DNA of 64,000 nucleotides from Ostreococcus lucimarinus (GCA_000092065.1 CP000581.1), one strand, 5' to 3'; shown: positions 8,394-19,121, counted from the stretch's first letter. A program made the numbers and translations. The notes: generated by a model from the sequence alone, not told the origin.

Positions 8394-10697
8394 TCAGACG
8401 ATTTCAGGGGTGACTGTGTCGTCTCCAGACGCTGCAGCGGCGGCTTGCGCGGTCATGAGCTTGAAGACCCGACTCGCGAAAACAGATGGCTTCTCGATGG
8501 AGAAACCAGACGTCAGCAAAGCGGTGTCGAACAAGAGTTGGCAGTTGTCTGCGGCTTCGGCGACGCCGGATTCCTTCATCTTTTTCAACTGAGCGATGAC
8601 GGGAGAAGCGGGGTTGATTTCCATCGTCTTCTTGCCCTTCATGTAATCTTGCGCGCGGTTATCACCCATGGCTTGGGCTTTCATGATGCGCTCCATGTTC
8701 GCGGACCAGCCGAATTTGGAAGTCACTAAGACGCACGGGGTGTCTGTGAGACGGTTTGACACCTCAACCTTTTCGACTTGTTCGCCGAGCGTGGCCTTCA
8801 TCCAGTCCGTGAGATCTTTGTACTCTTCCGCGAGCGCTTCGCGCGCGGCTTTGTCTGCATCGTCCTCATCACCGAGATCAAGCGCTTCCTTGGAAGCGTC
8901 GACGATGGGCTTTTCCTTGAACGTCGCCAAGTTGGCCATGGCGACTTCATCAATCGGATCGAGCAAGTATAAGACTTCGAAGCCCTTTTGCTTGAGCTTT
9001 TCGAGGAACGGAGAAGCTTCAGCGGCGTCCTTGTTGTCTGCAGCGACAAAATAGATGCTGTTTTGGCCCTCCGGCATGTCGTTCAAGTAGTCGTCCAAGC
9101 CTCGCAACTCGCCGTCGTCGCCGCTCTTCGACGTGGTGAAGCGCAAGAGTTCAGCCAAATCCTTGCGGTTGTCCGTGTCTTCGATGACGCCCAACTTCAG
9201 ATTACGTCCAAAGTTTTCCCAGAACGTGTCGTAATCGTCACCTTCACGCGCGGCGATGTCACGAAGCATGTCAAAAGTCTTGCGAATCAAGCGCTTGCGA
9301 ATGACGCGAACGATGCGAGATTCTTGAAGGATTTCGCGAGAGACGTTGAGAGGCAAGTCGGAAGAATCGACGACGCCTCGAACGAAGGTGAGGTATCGCG
9401 GCAACAACGACTCGTCAAACTCGTCGGAGATGAACACGCGTCGAACGAAGAGTTTAATAGCCTTCGATTTGGACATCATGTCCTGTTGCTCGAACGGCGC
9501 CATGCCTGGGATGAACAAGATGGAGCGGAATTCGATGTCGCCCTCCACGGCGAAATGCGAGTGCGCGAGCGGGTCGAGGAACTCTTTGAACGTGGATTTG
9601 AAGAACTCGTTATACGACTCTTGCTCGACATCCTTGGGCGAACGAACCCAGATGGGCTTATCGTTGTTGGCCGTCGTCCACTCTTCCACTTGCTCGAACT
9701 CCTTCTTCTTCACGGGTTTGGGTTCCGGCTCGGTGAACTCCTCGCCCTTGGCCTCGGCTTCGATCTTCTTCTTCTCCCACGCTTCCTTCAAAGCATCGGT
9801 AGAAGCCTTGTCTTCGACTTCCTTTTCCTTGGTCGTCTTCGCCCAGACATCGATGGGGAAAGAGATGAACTCGCTGTACGTCTTCACGAGCGACGACAGC
9901 TTTTCCCCTGTGGAGAATTCCTCGCATCCTTCCTTGAGGTGCAAGACGATTTTTGTCCCGCGCGCGATGGCTTCTTCGCTCTCCTTCACGGTGTACGAGC
10001 TGGCGTTGATCTCGGACTCCCACACCCACGTCTTGTCGTCGTCACCCGACGCCGCCTTGGAGTACACGGTGATTTTATCAGCCACCAAAAACGCCGAATA
10101 AAAGCCGACGCCGAATTTACCGATCAAGTTTTCCCCGTCGCTTCGGCTCTGCAACATTTCCATAAACTTGGCCGTTCCCGAGCGCGCGATCGTCCCGAGC
10201 GACGACACGAGATCTTCTTTGTTCATCCCAATCCCCGTGTCCTCGATCGTCAGCGTTTTCGCCTCGGGATCTCCCTTAATCTTAATTCTCAACTCCTCGT
10301 TCCCTCCCATGGCGTTCGGGTCCGAGAGCGCGGAGAATCGAAGCTTGTCGCACGCGTCGCTCGCGTTCGACACGAGCTCGCGCAAGAACACATCCTTATT
10401 GCTGTACAACGAGTTCACGATCAAATCCATCAATCGGTGCACCTGCGCGCGCGCGAGCACCGCGATCGTCAGTCTCGCCGAAGTTCCCTCCGTTCCCTCT
10501 CGCGTCTTCTAGAAGGCCTTCTAGAAGGCTCTCTTCCGTCGCGCGCGCGACGCCCTCGCGCGCCTCCGTCTTCGCCACCACTCGCGCGCCGTCTCGCGTC
10601 GTGCGCGCACCTCGGCTTGATACTCAAACGTCTCTTCCGTCGCCGCCGCGCGCGTCGTCGTCAGCGCGCGCGCGCGTCGCGGCGTCGCCGTCCGCAT
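8394..10697 (-). CDS. HSP90C: HSP90, organellar HtpG/HSP90C type (two exons: 10611..10697 and 8394..10442)
   Basis: Exon 2 begins VHRLMDLIVNSLYSNKDVFLRELVSNASDACDKLRF, the HSP90 ATP-binding N-domain, and the full-length middle and C domains follow. The missing upstream motif ETFEYQAE is found in frame 168 nt upstream after MRTATPRRARALTTTRAAATE, a short presequence. The C-terminus lacks MEEVD and KDEL, so an organellar form is inferred. Confidence 0.85.
10443..10610 (-). other. Spliceosomal intron (168 nt) in HSP90
   Basis: Minus-strand donor GAG|GTGCGC and acceptor cgcgcag|GTGCAC, phase 0. It joins ...FEYQAE to VHRLMD, matching the conserved HSP90 motif. Confidence 0.75.
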
Positions 10698-10817
10698 CGC
10701 CGCCGCCGCCTCGACGTTCGTCGTCGTCTTCGTCGTCGTCTTCGTCGTCGTCGCGCGTCGTCGTGTGCGCGCCGTGCCGCACTTTGCGTCGGATTGGATT
10801 GGTTTCGTCGCGGCGGC

Positions 10818-11681
10818 ATGGGCGCCGTCGGGCGATTCACGGGCGCGCCGCTGGCGCGCGTGATGTGCGCGATGACGCTCGCGACGTCGGTCGCCGCGCG
10901 CGCGATGCACGGCGCGCGCGCGGCGACGGTGATCGAGCGCGCGCTGTCGAGGACGCGCGGACGAGGACGCTGGGGCGACGCGCGCGCGCTCGCGGCGATG
11001 GTCGGACGCGAGTGGGGGTTTTGTCACGGCGCCGCGGAGCTCGTGATCGGGATGACGCTGCTGAGCGAGCTCGGTCGAGCGGTCGAGCGGGCGTGCGGCA
11101 CGCGGAGGTTCGCGGGGGCGACGTTGGCGGCGCGGTGCGCGATGGAGATCGTGTCGAGGGTCGCGTGGCGCGCGCGAGGGGTCGGGAACGACGTGTCGGG
11201 GCCGTACGGCGTGGTGTTCGCGCTGTTGGCGATGTATGGACGGGAGATTCCGGCGACGGCGACGTACGCGGCGGGCGTCGGCCCGCTGAGCTTCGCGTTG
11301 AGCGATAAATCGTTGACCTATTTCAGCGCTCTGTGCCTGGCGCTCGGTCGAGGGATCGTCAGCGCGAGATTGGCGCTCATAGGAACGTTCGCGGGGTACG
11401 TCGTCACGGATGGCATCGGCCTCGATCACCGCGCGTTGGCGGCGCCGGAGTGGGTGGCGAGCCTGTGCAGAGGCTTCGGCGCGCCCGGGCCAATCATCCG
11501 CGTTCGCGCGAGTAGTCGACCGCGAGGGCGCGGTGGTGACGGCGCGGTCGGCGTCGAACCGAGCGCGGAGAACATTCAATTGCTCGTGTCCATGGGATTC
11601 GATGAAGCCGCCGCCGCTCGAGCGTTGCGCCGGGCGAACGACGACGTGCAGCGCGCGACGAACATTTTACTCACGGCGTGA
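10818..11681 (+). CDS. Rhomboid-like membrane protein with C-terminal UBA domain (RBL15/UBAC2-like)
   Basis: This is the 3' part of the 897-aa ORF in the track; the first real ATG is at 10818. Polytopic region GPYGVVFALLAMYGREIP...LALIGTFAGYVVTDG, then the UBA signature ENIQLLVSMGFDEAAAARALRRANDDVQRATNILL. Confidence 0.6.
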   Translation: MGAVGRFTGAPLARVMCAMTLATSVAARAMHGARAATVIERALSRTRGRGRWGDARALAAMVGREWGFCHGAAELVIGMTLLSELGRAVERACGTRRFAGATLAARCAMEIVSRVAWRARGVGNDVSGPYGVVFALLAMYGREIPATATYAAGVGPLSFALSDKSLTYFSALCLALGRGIVSARLALIGTFAGYVVTDGIGLDHRALAAPEWVASLCRGFGAPGPIIRVRASSRPRGRGGDGAVGVEPSAENIQLLVSMGFDEAAAARALRRANDDVQRATNILLTA

Positions 11682-12360
11682 GCGCGCGCGCCGTGCGTAA
11701 TATCGCGCGCGCCGTGCGCTCATCGCATGTAATATCTGTATGTCTAGTAGAATTCGTTGTTGTTACACGCCGCGCGCCCGTCGTCGCAAAATCTAAAACT
11801 GCGCGATTCTCGGCAAGAGCGACGGCATCGCCGCGTGTCGTCGATAGTTCCCCGTCAACGCCAATCCGCGCGCGCCGAATCCCCCCCCCCCTCGCACGCT
11901 TTCGCAGCACGTCGTCGCCAACGCTTCTTCCCCGCTCGCCGCGAACGTCGTCGCGGTGTCTCCGCCTCCGCGCTCCCGCGCCCCCGTGTGCACGCCTTGC
12001 TTTTGCTTGTGTTTCGGCGACTTCGTGCACACCACGAACAGCCTCCCGCGCCGTCGCACGATCCTGCACGCCTCGCACAGTTTCTTTATCGCCGTTCGAA
12101 CCTATCGCGTCGCGCGTCGTCGTCGGCGTCAGTCGTCGCGTCGGTCCCGTCGTCGAGCGAGGCGTAGGTCACGCCGAGCGTCGCGTCGCGTCGCGTCGTC
12201 GCGTCGTCGCGTCGTCGGTCGCGCGCGCGACCGCGACCGCGTCGTCCGCGACGTCGTCCGCGACGTCGTCCGCCATCTCGCGCCATCTCGCGCACCTTCA
12301 TCGCGTCGAGGCGACGATCGCGCCGCAGTGCGGGACGCCGCGACGTCGCGCGGCGACGCC

Positions 12361-13077
12361 ATGGCGCGCGAAAACGTCTTCCACGTCGAAAAGCACGCCA
12401 ACGACGCGCTGCACAACCCGCCGAAGCGAGGGCGGACGCACACGGTGCGAGAGATCGAGGCCGCGGCGCGCGCGCTCGGACGCGCGACGACGAAGGACGA
12501 CGACGGCGACGGCGACGGCGATGGCGACGGCGTCGCCGCGGGCGACGTCGTCGTCGTCGATGGATGCGTCGTGCGCGTCGACGCGACGCGAAAACGATCG
12601 ACGAAGACGACGCGCGCGCGCGAGTCCGCGCTCGCGACGAGCGGGGCGCTGGGTAAGGGCAAACGAAGAGCGCTCGCGGAGGAGGACAGGTGGAAGACGA
12701 TGTCGCGCATCGAGAGCGGCGGGACGGCCGGCGCGGCGGCGCTTCGAGAGGCGAGGCGAGCGACGTTGGGACTGTCGCGCGGAGTTCGTGGGGAACGGGG
12801 CGACGACGACGGACCGGTCGTCGTGCCGGAGGGAGATTTACGCTTCGTCGACGGTTGGGCGGTCGGACGTCTGGACGGCGCGGCGGAAGGTTCGGAGACA
12901 GTAACGGGCGCGAGATCGCTCGATAGATCGCCCGACGGCGTCGCGGTGAAGTCGAAATCGATCGATGTATCGTTCGGACGCGCGAAGAAGAAGCGGCGAG
13001 ACGCGGGACGAGTCGCGGAGACGACGACGACGAGTCGACGCGTCGGCGGTTTATCGTTCGACGTCGAAGAAGATTAG
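12361..13077 (+). CDS. Hypothetical protein
   Basis: ATG at 12361 (MARENVFHVEKHANDALHNPPKRGRTH...). High GC3 coding bias. The ORF upstream of this ATG is Arg-rich non-coding read-through. Confidence 0.4.
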   Translation: MARENVFHVEKHANDALHNPPKRGRTHTVREIEAAARALGRATTKDDDGDGDGDGDGVAAGDVVVVDGCVVRVDATRKRSTKTTRARESALATSGALGKGKRRALAEEDRWKTMSRIESGGTAGAAALREARRATLGLSRGVRGERGDDDGPVVVPEGDLRFVDGWAVGRLDGAAEGSETVTGARSLDRSPDGVAVKSKSIDVSFGRAKKKRRDAGRVAETTTTSRRVGGLSFDVEED

Positions 13078-13157
13078 CGCGTAGAGCATGGCTCAGCCAT
13101 CAACCACTAGGATCGCTGGGATATAGTAATAGAGCTAGTACAGCAATTGCGAAATGC

Positions 13158-13162
13158 TTACA
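13158..13162 (-). promoter_or_regulatory. TGTAA polyadenylation-signal motif overlapping the TAA stop codon
   Basis: Minus strand reads ...ATG TAA with TGTAA spanning the stop. The same arrangement occurs at 51687..51691 (CURT1) and 112..116 (+). TGTAA also sits 41 and 53 nt past stops at 8266 and 60347. Confidence 0.45.
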
Positions 13163-13823
13163 TGACGACGCACTGGTCGCCGTTTGCCGGCGACGCATCG
13201 TTCGGATTATCCGGGATGGGTGCGTCCAGAGGCGCCGCGCTAGAATTCCGCGAGTTGCGGTAACATTCGGGCGGTTTGAATTCTACGCTCTTGACCGGGG
13301 CAGACTTGACTACGACTGGCGCTGCTTTCGGCAAATCGCGCGGCGCTGGAACGAGCGCTGGGGCCTGATTTACCACCGCCGCCGGCGCCGACGTGGACTC
13401 GCCGCGCGCCGCCGACGCAGTCGCGACTTCGACGTCCAATCCATCAATCGCTAATTTCTCACACTTCTCCGCCGCCTGTCTGACGAGTCTTTCGACCGCG
13501 TCCTCTACTTTCGCCTCTACTTTCGCCTCGCTCTGTGTGCCTCTCTCTTCCTCATCAATCACTTTCAAAAAGTCGAGGCGAGTGCCGCCGACGTCTTCGG
13601 CGCCGCTGAACCGCCCAGTCCTCGTCCCACTATCGACGCCGAAGCCACCGCCGAACGCGTCCACGGGCGTGTTCGGCATCGATTTCGCTTTCCTCTGCGC
13701 CTCTAGTCTCGATCGCGCGCTGCTAACGCGAGCCATCGCCGCTTCGGTGGCTTTGCCTATGTCGTCAAAGTCCCGTCGGTTTCGCTCTTTCACCGTCGGC
13801 GACGCGCGGGCGGACTGCGACAT
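13158..13823 (-). CDS. Hypothetical protein
   Basis: 221-aa ORF with coding-like composition. Its TAA stop is embedded in a minus-strand TGTAA (13158-13162). Confidence 0.4.
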   Translation of the reverse strand: MSQSARASPTVKERNRRDFDDIGKATEAAMARVSSARSRLEAQRKAKSMPNTPVDAFGGGFGVDSGTRTGRFSGAEDVGGTRLDFLKVIDEEERGTQSEAKVEAKVEDAVERLVRQAAEKCEKLAIDGLDVEVATASAARGESTSAPAAVVNQAPALVPAPRDLPKAAPVVVKSAPVKSVEFKPPECYRNSRNSSAAPLDAPIPDNPNDASPANGDQCVVM

Positions 13824-13858
13824 CGAACGATGAATCGAATTTCTCTCGCTGAGACGTC

Positions 13859-14128
13859 TTATCGCGTCTTGCGTTCCTCCAGCGCGGCGTTTGCGCGCGC
13901 TATATCACGCTCGGTGCGATGGCTCAGGTAAAGCAAAGCCGTCGGTAGCGCGCAAAGGGTGCACAACGCGAGCAATGGAGACGATAACACGAAGCCTTTG
14001 AGTGCGTCGCGCAACGGCTTTAAGACCTCGGTCGTGGTTGAGTGCAAGAGCTCGAACTCCATGCACACCGCCGAGTCGCGAACTGCGGCGGGGCGCGCGG
14101 AAGCGAAGCGCCGAGAAGAGTGAGACAT
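13859..14128 (-). CDS. Small hypothetical protein with C-terminal hydrophobic segment
   Basis: 89-aa ORF with a tail-anchor-like hydrophobic stretch. No homology recognised. Confidence 0.2.
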   Translation of the reverse strand: MSHSSRRFASARPAAVRDSAVCMEFELLHSTTTEVLKPLRDALKGFVLSSPLLALCTLCALPTALLYLSHRTERDIARANAALEERKTR

Positions 14129-14170
14129 AGCGCGGACGAATGAATATGAAAATATGAAAACTACCTATAC

Positions 14171-15652
14171 CTACAGTTTACTCAAACCCACTGCAGCGGC
14201 CGGTAGGACCTTGTACGGGTTCATGATCCCGAACGGATCGAGCGCGCGTTTCATCGTCGCCATGAGTTCGACGGCTTTGGCGTCTTTACTATAGTGAATT
14301 TCTTCCGCCTTCATCACCCCTAACCCGTGCTCAGCGCTGACACTTCCCCGTTCATCGCGCGTGTACTCGTACACGAACGGCTCAATCGCACGTTCGATGG
14401 CGTCGTCGTATTCCGCGCACGACACATTCAAATGCAAATTTCCGTCTCCCGCGTGCCCGTATCCGAGCACCTTCACCCGCGATCCGAACATCGGACGTAA
14501 ACGATCGCGCAATACGACGACTAAATTGTACATGCGAGCCGTCGGCAGTGAAAGGTCGTATTTGTACACCGCGCCCGCGTACTTGAGCGCCACCGATATG
14601 CGTTCGCGAAGAGTCCACAACGCGAAGGCGTGCTTCTCGTCTCTACCCACGACGCCATCGACGACGATGCGCTGACTCTTGACGACGTTCAAAAATGCGT
14701 CGAGTTTAGCGGTATCGTGTTTCGCATCGCTACCGCTGGTCTCGATGACGACGTAAAACTCGCACGGCTTCCCGGGTAGAGGGTCTCGCGTGCCGCTGAG
14801 TTGGGCCAAGACCAAGTCCAAACTTTCTCGGTCGAAAAACTCGTACGCGCTCAGAATTTCCCCGAGGAGCCCTCGAGCGAGCTTGAGCATCTCAACGCAC
14901 TTCGCGAACGATTCCAAGCCGAACAAAGCCACGTTTACGCTCCGCGGCGCGCGCGGCGTGGAAATCGCCACCTTTGTCACCACGCCGAGCGTTCCTTCGG
15001 CGCCGATGAAGAGTTGCTTCAAATCGTACCCCGTGTTGTCTTTCCGCAGCGTGCGAACGAGGTCCAGTACATCCCCGTTCGGTAAAACGACCTCCAACCC
15101 GAGCACGCTTCCCCGTAAGCTGCCGTATCGCAACAATCTCAAACCGCCCGCGTTGGTCGACACGCACCCGCCCATTTGACACTTCCCTTTCGCCCCTAAA
15201 TCGAGAGGCACCGTCATCCCTCGCGCGCGCACCGCGCTCTCCAGCTCCTCTAACACCACTCCCGCCTCGCACACCGCGCATCCCGCGTCTTCGTCGATGG
15301 AGACGATATCTCGCATGCGCTCCAGCGACACCACGACTTCGTCTCGCGTCGGCGTCCCGCCGCCCACCAACCCCGTGTTCCCTCCCTGCGGCACCACCGC
15401 GATCCTCCGCGCGTGGCAGTGACGCATGACTTTCGAAACTTCTTCCGTCGTTCGCGGCAGCACCACCACCGCGCTCGCGCCGACGTATTTCCCCATCCAG
15501 TCGACGCTGTACTTTTTCACATCTTCCGCGCGCGTCAACACGCGCGTCGCGTCGCCGCCGAGCGCGTCGACGAACGCGTCCGCGTCGCTCGCGCGCACGA
15601 CACTGAACGGCCACTGTCGCGCGCGCGCGTCGCTCGCGCCGGCGCCGCCCAT
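14171..15652 (-). CDS. D2HGDH: D-2-hydroxyglutarate dehydrogenase (FAD-linked oxidase), mitochondrial type
   Basis: FAD-binding PCMH domain (VVPQGGNTGLVGGGTP) and LRKDNTGYDLKQLFIGAEGTLGVVTKVAISTPRAPRSVNVALFG, close to human D2HGDH. Confidence 0.8.
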   Translation of the reverse strand: MGGAGASDARARQWPFSVVRASDADAFVDALGGDATRVLTRAEDVKKYSVDWMGKYVGASAVVVLPRTTEEVSKVMRHCHARRIAVVPQGGNTGLVGGGTPTRDEVVVSLERMRDIVSIDEDAGCAVCEAGVVLEELESAVRARGMTVPLDLGAKGKCQMGGCVSTNAGGLRLLRYGSLRGSVLGLEVVLPNGDVLDLVRTLRKDNTGYDLKQLFIGAEGTLGVVTKVAISTPRAPRSVNVALFGLESFAKCVEMLKLARGLLGEILSAYEFFDRESLDLVLAQLSGTRDPLPGKPCEFYVVIETSGSDAKHDTAKLDAFLNVVKSQRIVVDGVVGRDEKHAFALWTLRERISVALKYAGAVYKYDLSLPTARMYNLVVVLRDRLRPMFGSRVKVLGYGHAGDGNLHLNVSCAEYDDAIERAIEPFVYEYTRDERGSVSAEHGLGVMKAEEIHYSKDAKAVELMATMKRALDPFGIMNPYKVLPAAAVGLSKL

Positions 15653-15702
15653 GGACGCCGACGCGACACTCTGTGACGCGACACCCGGTCTGGCCGACGC
15701 CG
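15653..15702. promoter_or_regulatory. 50-bp bidirectional promoter/5'UTR interval between divergent D2HGDH (-) and IPK (+)
   Basis: Inferred from ATG positions 15652 (-) and 15703 (+). Confidence 0.4.
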
Positions 15703-16677
15703 ATGCCGCTCGAACTCGTCGACGCGGACACGCAGGTGGCGGGAAATCACGCGCACGGACGCATGGCGAAACAATCGCCGTGCGGGACGTGGTTTTACAA
15801 GCCCCACGTCGCGGGCGACGCGCGGAGCGCGGTAGAGTTTGCGTTTTACGCCGACGTTTCGAGAGAGGCGAAACTCGACGACGACGACGACGACGACGAC
15901 GCGGTGCCGCGCGAGCGCGTCGATGACGCGGTGCCGACGCCGAAGACGCCTGATGACGCGAACGACGCCGCGCGCGCGCTGCGAGCGTTCGTGTGCGCGC
16001 GGATACCGAGGTGTCCGGCGTCGCGCGCGAGCAAGACGCGAGGACGAAACGAGACGTTCGGGACGAGCGATGGGTTCGGGGATGGGTTAGACGTGGATGG
16101 GTACCTGAGATTGAAGAATTTGACGTTCGGATACGCGCGACCGTGCGTGATCGATCTGAAGATCGGCGTTCGAACGTGGGATGGGAAGCACAGCGCGGAG
16201 TATTTGGAGAAGCGAGCGAAATCAGAGGCGGGGACGACGCACGAGACGCTCGGTTTCAAGGTGTGCGGCGCGCAGACGTACGACGCGAGTGGTGCGCTGC
16301 AAAGGTTGTCGAGGGATGAATGTAAACGCATACGCATGAGCGAGGCGCTGACGAAGGAGACGTTGGAAAATTTCGTGCGCGATCCCGCGACCGGGGAGAG
16401 GAACGCGTGGTTTTGGCCGGCGCTTTTGAAGCAGTTGTTAAGCGAACCGCTCAGAGCCCTGTCGTATCGATTAGTCGGTACATCGTTGCTCGTCGTGTAC
16501 GAAAGTGGGAGCTTGGCGCCGTCAGAAATCGCGGGCGCGGTGTGCGTTCCAGAATCGAAATTGGAGGCTAGGTACATCGACTTTTGCCACGCCGTGCGTA
16601 AATGCGACGGCGAAGACGTGGATCATAATTTCGAGGGTGGGTTGAAACTGTTCCAGAGATTCGTCGAATCGATGTAG
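15703..16677 (+). CDS. Inositol polyphosphate kinase (IPMK/IPK family)
   Basis: QVAGNHAHG, the PCVIDLKIGVRTWD (PxxxDxKxG) motif and TSLLVVYE (SSLL). The ORF in the track begins with GTG; the first ATG is at 15703, 50 bp from the divergent D2HGDH start. Confidence 0.75.
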   Translation: MPLELVDADTQVAGNHAHGRMAKQSPCGTWFYKPHVAGDARSAVEFAFYADVSREAKLDDDDDDDDAVPRERVDDAVPTPKTPDDANDAARALRAFVCARIPRCPASRASKTRGRNETFGTSDGFGDGLDVDGYLRLKNLTFGYARPCVIDLKIGVRTWDGKHSAEYLEKRAKSEAGTTHETLGFKVCGAQTYDASGALQRLSRDECKRIRMSEALTKETLENFVRDPATGERNAWFWPALLKQLLSEPLRALSYRLVGTSLLVVYESGSLAPSEIAGAVCVPESKLEARYIDFCHAVRKCDGEDVDHNFEGGLKLFQRFVESM

Positions 16678-16714
16678 AAGTGCTAGAAACGATTAGCTAG
16701 ACGTAGGTTATGTA

Positions 16715-18841
16715 TCACGGGAGGTCACCGATCGCCTTAAACGCCTCTGACACGCGGATAAACATCCTCGTCGCCGATTTTCGTTCGCTCTCCGCCTTGT
16801 GCGTGTGCTTATCGGGATGCCACAACAGCGCGGCTCGGCGGTACGCCTTGGCTATTTCTTGCTTTGATGCATTCACGGCGACGCCCAGAGTTTTGTAGTG
16901 CTCGACTTGCACGTTACGTTCGCGTTGGATCTCAAAAACTCGCTGCGAGCGCTCGCGTTGGCGCTCGCGCTGCTCGTGTTCAAACCTGGCGCGACTCGCT
17001 TCTCTCTCGCGAGCCCAGTCTTTGCATACGCTGTGATCGGACGCGCGACAACCACATATCGAGCAAAAGCACACGATTTCTGGATTGTTTGCTTCGGTCT
17101 GCGGGAAGACGAGTTTGAATCCGGGGCACTCCGTGCACGTCTGACAGCCGACGCGTTCGGCGCCGGAGACGGCGTCGCATGTCGATTCGCAAACTGTTTC
17201 CTCTCGCTCTAGCGCAATCTGCACGCGCTCACCTAGTAGTCGCACGCGATGGCGTCGAGCGCAAGCTTCATCTTCCTTGCGAGTCTTTTCGATGCGTTCA
17301 AGACGCTCACGCTTGCGAAATTCCTTTTCGTTGCAATGGTTACTCGACTCACATCCACAACGTGCACATCGAGTGCCATCGCGGGCGAGCACCACTGCAT
17401 TGTACAAAGCCGTGTATTCTTCATTGTTCGCGTCGTGATTCGGCAACGGCGCGCGCTTCCATGAAGAAAATTTCGCGAAGGACGTGCACGCTTTGTCGCA
17501 AATCTTGCACGGACCGCGAAGCACACCTTCAGCGTCGGCGTCGCCCATCTCACCGCACGGTTCTTTAACCTTGAACAAATCGGCGAGAGAATCAACCTTT
17601 AACCCTGGCGGCTTGATCATTTTCACTTCCGTCGCTCGCCGTTTCGTCGCACCCGCGAGAACGATCTTCTCTGCGTTACGCTGTTGCTGGCGTGCAAATT
17701 GCTCTTCTTCCCATCTTTCGGCCCAGAGTTCATCTGCATCTTCGACTTCAGCAGCGTCCGTCACGGAGTCGGCGTGTTCGCGCTCGAATGCTTTAAACAT
17801 GTTCATACTATCTGCCATTCGCAGGTCGTCGTCCTGCTCGTCGGTATCTTCGCCGGCGACGACGCGCAATAATCGTGACATTAGCGATGACTCTTCCTCC
17901 TCTTCCTCCTCCTCCTCCTCCTCCTCCTTTTCTCTACGATTGGACATGGGCATAGAAACACCAACTGTGCTCGTCGCCGCATGCTTCATCGATACTTCGC
18001 TATCGACGTTGCGAATCGCGGTTTTTACCGGCCCGAGACGTTCGCACGTCGCCACTTCGACGCGAATGTCGCGCATCACGCGCTCGAGACGCGACAACAG
18101 CGACTTGGCTTCCTCGATCGACTGTTTTATCGTCAAACAGACGGAATCAGTATCCTCAAAGTCAGCAGGCGCGGGCGATGGCGTCGCCGTCGGCGGTCCC
18201 GCCGGTTTCGTTGGCGCCGGTTTCGTCCGCGGCGCGCGCGAGCGTTCGCACGCTTTCAACCCGTCTCGCGCCGTTTGTGACGTCGGGTCGAGCTTCAACG
18301 CGAGTTCGAATGATCTCTTGGCCACATCGGTGTTCCCCATCGCCAACGCCGCCGCGCCCACGCGCGTCCTCGCCTTGGCGTAATGCCCGTCGATGTCCAC
18401 CGCGCGCTCGGCGTCGCTCAGCGCCTGCGAATACTTGCCCATCTTCAAAAAGCACGCGCTACGATTGGAGTAACTCTTCGCATCCCCAGCCCTGCACTCG
18501 ATCGCCCGCGTGTAGTGCCCCACCGCCCGTTCGAACCGACCGTCGTCGAACGCGTCGTTCCCTCTCTCGCGCCAATCCGCGTTCTCGTCCACGGCGTGCT
18601 CCGCGCTCGCGCACCCGCACCTCGAGCAATTCGTCAGCGTCAAATCGTTGTGCGGATGCGCTCGCGTCTCCCCCGCGCTCGACGCGTCTCGCGCGTACTC
18701 ATTCGTGCGTTTCAAGTACCCCCCCGCGCACGCCGCGCCGCACCGCAGGCACTCGCCCCGGCACTTCCCGAACAGGTCCCGCGTCGTCTCGCGATTCGGT
18801 TCCAAGTGCGCCTCCGCGCGTCGTCCCGCGCGCGCGTCCAT
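16715..18841 (-). CDS. TPR-repeat and C-terminal DnaJ (J-domain) protein
   Basis: TPR repeats (GNDAFDDGRFERAVGHYTRAIE...), poly-Glu tract, Cys-rich CxxCGC motifs and J domain VEHYKTLGVAVNASKQEIAKAYRRAALLWHPDKH. First codon in the ORF track is GTG; the ATG is one codon downstream. Confidence 0.75.
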   Translation of the reverse strand: MDARAGRRAEAHLEPNRETTRDLFGKCRGECLRCGAACAGGYLKRTNEYARDASSAGETRAHPHNDLTLTNCSRCGCASAEHAVDENADWRERGNDAFDDGRFERAVGHYTRAIECRAGDAKSYSNRSACFLKMGKYSQALSDAERAVDIDGHYAKARTRVGAAALAMGNTDVAKRSFELALKLDPTSQTARDGLKACERSRAPRTKPAPTKPAGPPTATPSPAPADFEDTDSVCLTIKQSIEEAKSLLSRLERVMRDIRVEVATCERLGPVKTAIRNVDSEVSMKHAATSTVGVSMPMSNRREKEEEEEEEEEEEESSLMSRLLRVVAGEDTDEQDDDLRMADSMNMFKAFEREHADSVTDAAEVEDADELWAERWEEEQFARQQQRNAEKIVLAGATKRRATEVKMIKPPGLKVDSLADLFKVKEPCGEMGDADAEGVLRGPCKICDKACTSFAKFSSWKRAPLPNHDANNEEYTALYNAVVLARDGTRCARCGCESSNHCNEKEFRKRERLERIEKTRKEDEACARRHRVRLLGERVQIALEREETVCESTCDAVSGAERVGCQTCTECPGFKLVFPQTEANNPEIVCFCSICGCRASDHSVCKDWAREREASRARFEHEQRERQRERSQRVFEIQRERNVQVEHYKTLGVAVNASKQEIAKAYRRAALLWHPDKHTHKAESERKSATRMFIRVSEAFKAIGDLP

Positions 18842-18869
18842 CACCGCGCGCCTCGCGCTCGCGCTCGAT

Positions 18870-18960
18870 CGCGTCGGTCGCGTCGATCGCTCGGCTCGCG
18901 TCGATCGCTCGCGTCGCGTCGGTCGCGTCGGTCGCGTCGATCACTCGCGCGGCGTCCATC
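18870..18960. repeat. GC-rich tandem repeats (CGCGTCGATCGCTCG-like units) in the J-protein/FKBP divergent promoter
   Basis: Units gcgtcgatcgctcggctcgcgtcgatcgctcgcgtcgcgtcggtcgcgtcggtcgcgtcgatcactcgcg. Confidence 0.6.
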
Positions 18961-19121
18961 GCTCGCGAGGCGTTTTCGCCGTTTCTTTCCCATCGCGCGC
19001 GCGGTCGATCGGTCGACGACGTCAGCGTCAGCCCTATCGCGCGCGTCGCGATCGTCGCGCCGCACACGCGCGCGAGCGCGGTGGAAATCTCGGGTCTCGC
19101 GCGTCGACGCGCGCGCGAACG

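Noticed and set aside
10521-11579. 352-aa minus-strand Arg-rich ORF upstream of HSP90
   Set aside because: Only its last ~29 codons (MRTATP...ETFEYQAE) are coding, as HSP90 exon 1. The remainder is antisense to the rhomboid-UBA gene and reads as R/A/P low complexity.
8988-11681. 897-aa plus-strand ORF spanning the HSP90 locus
   Set aside because: Its first ~600 codons translate to Arg/Leu/Val-rich low complexity and lie antisense to the well-supported HSP90 gene. Only the last 288 codons, from ATG 10818, form a coherent rhomboid-like/UBA protein. Long antisense ORFs are expected at this GC content.
18870-18960. Possible CRISPR-like array from regularly spaced GC-rich repeats
   Set aside because: The units are short (about 15 nt), contiguous, imperfect and carry no unique spacers. 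This is a tandem microsatellite in a eukaryotic promoter, not a CRISPR array.
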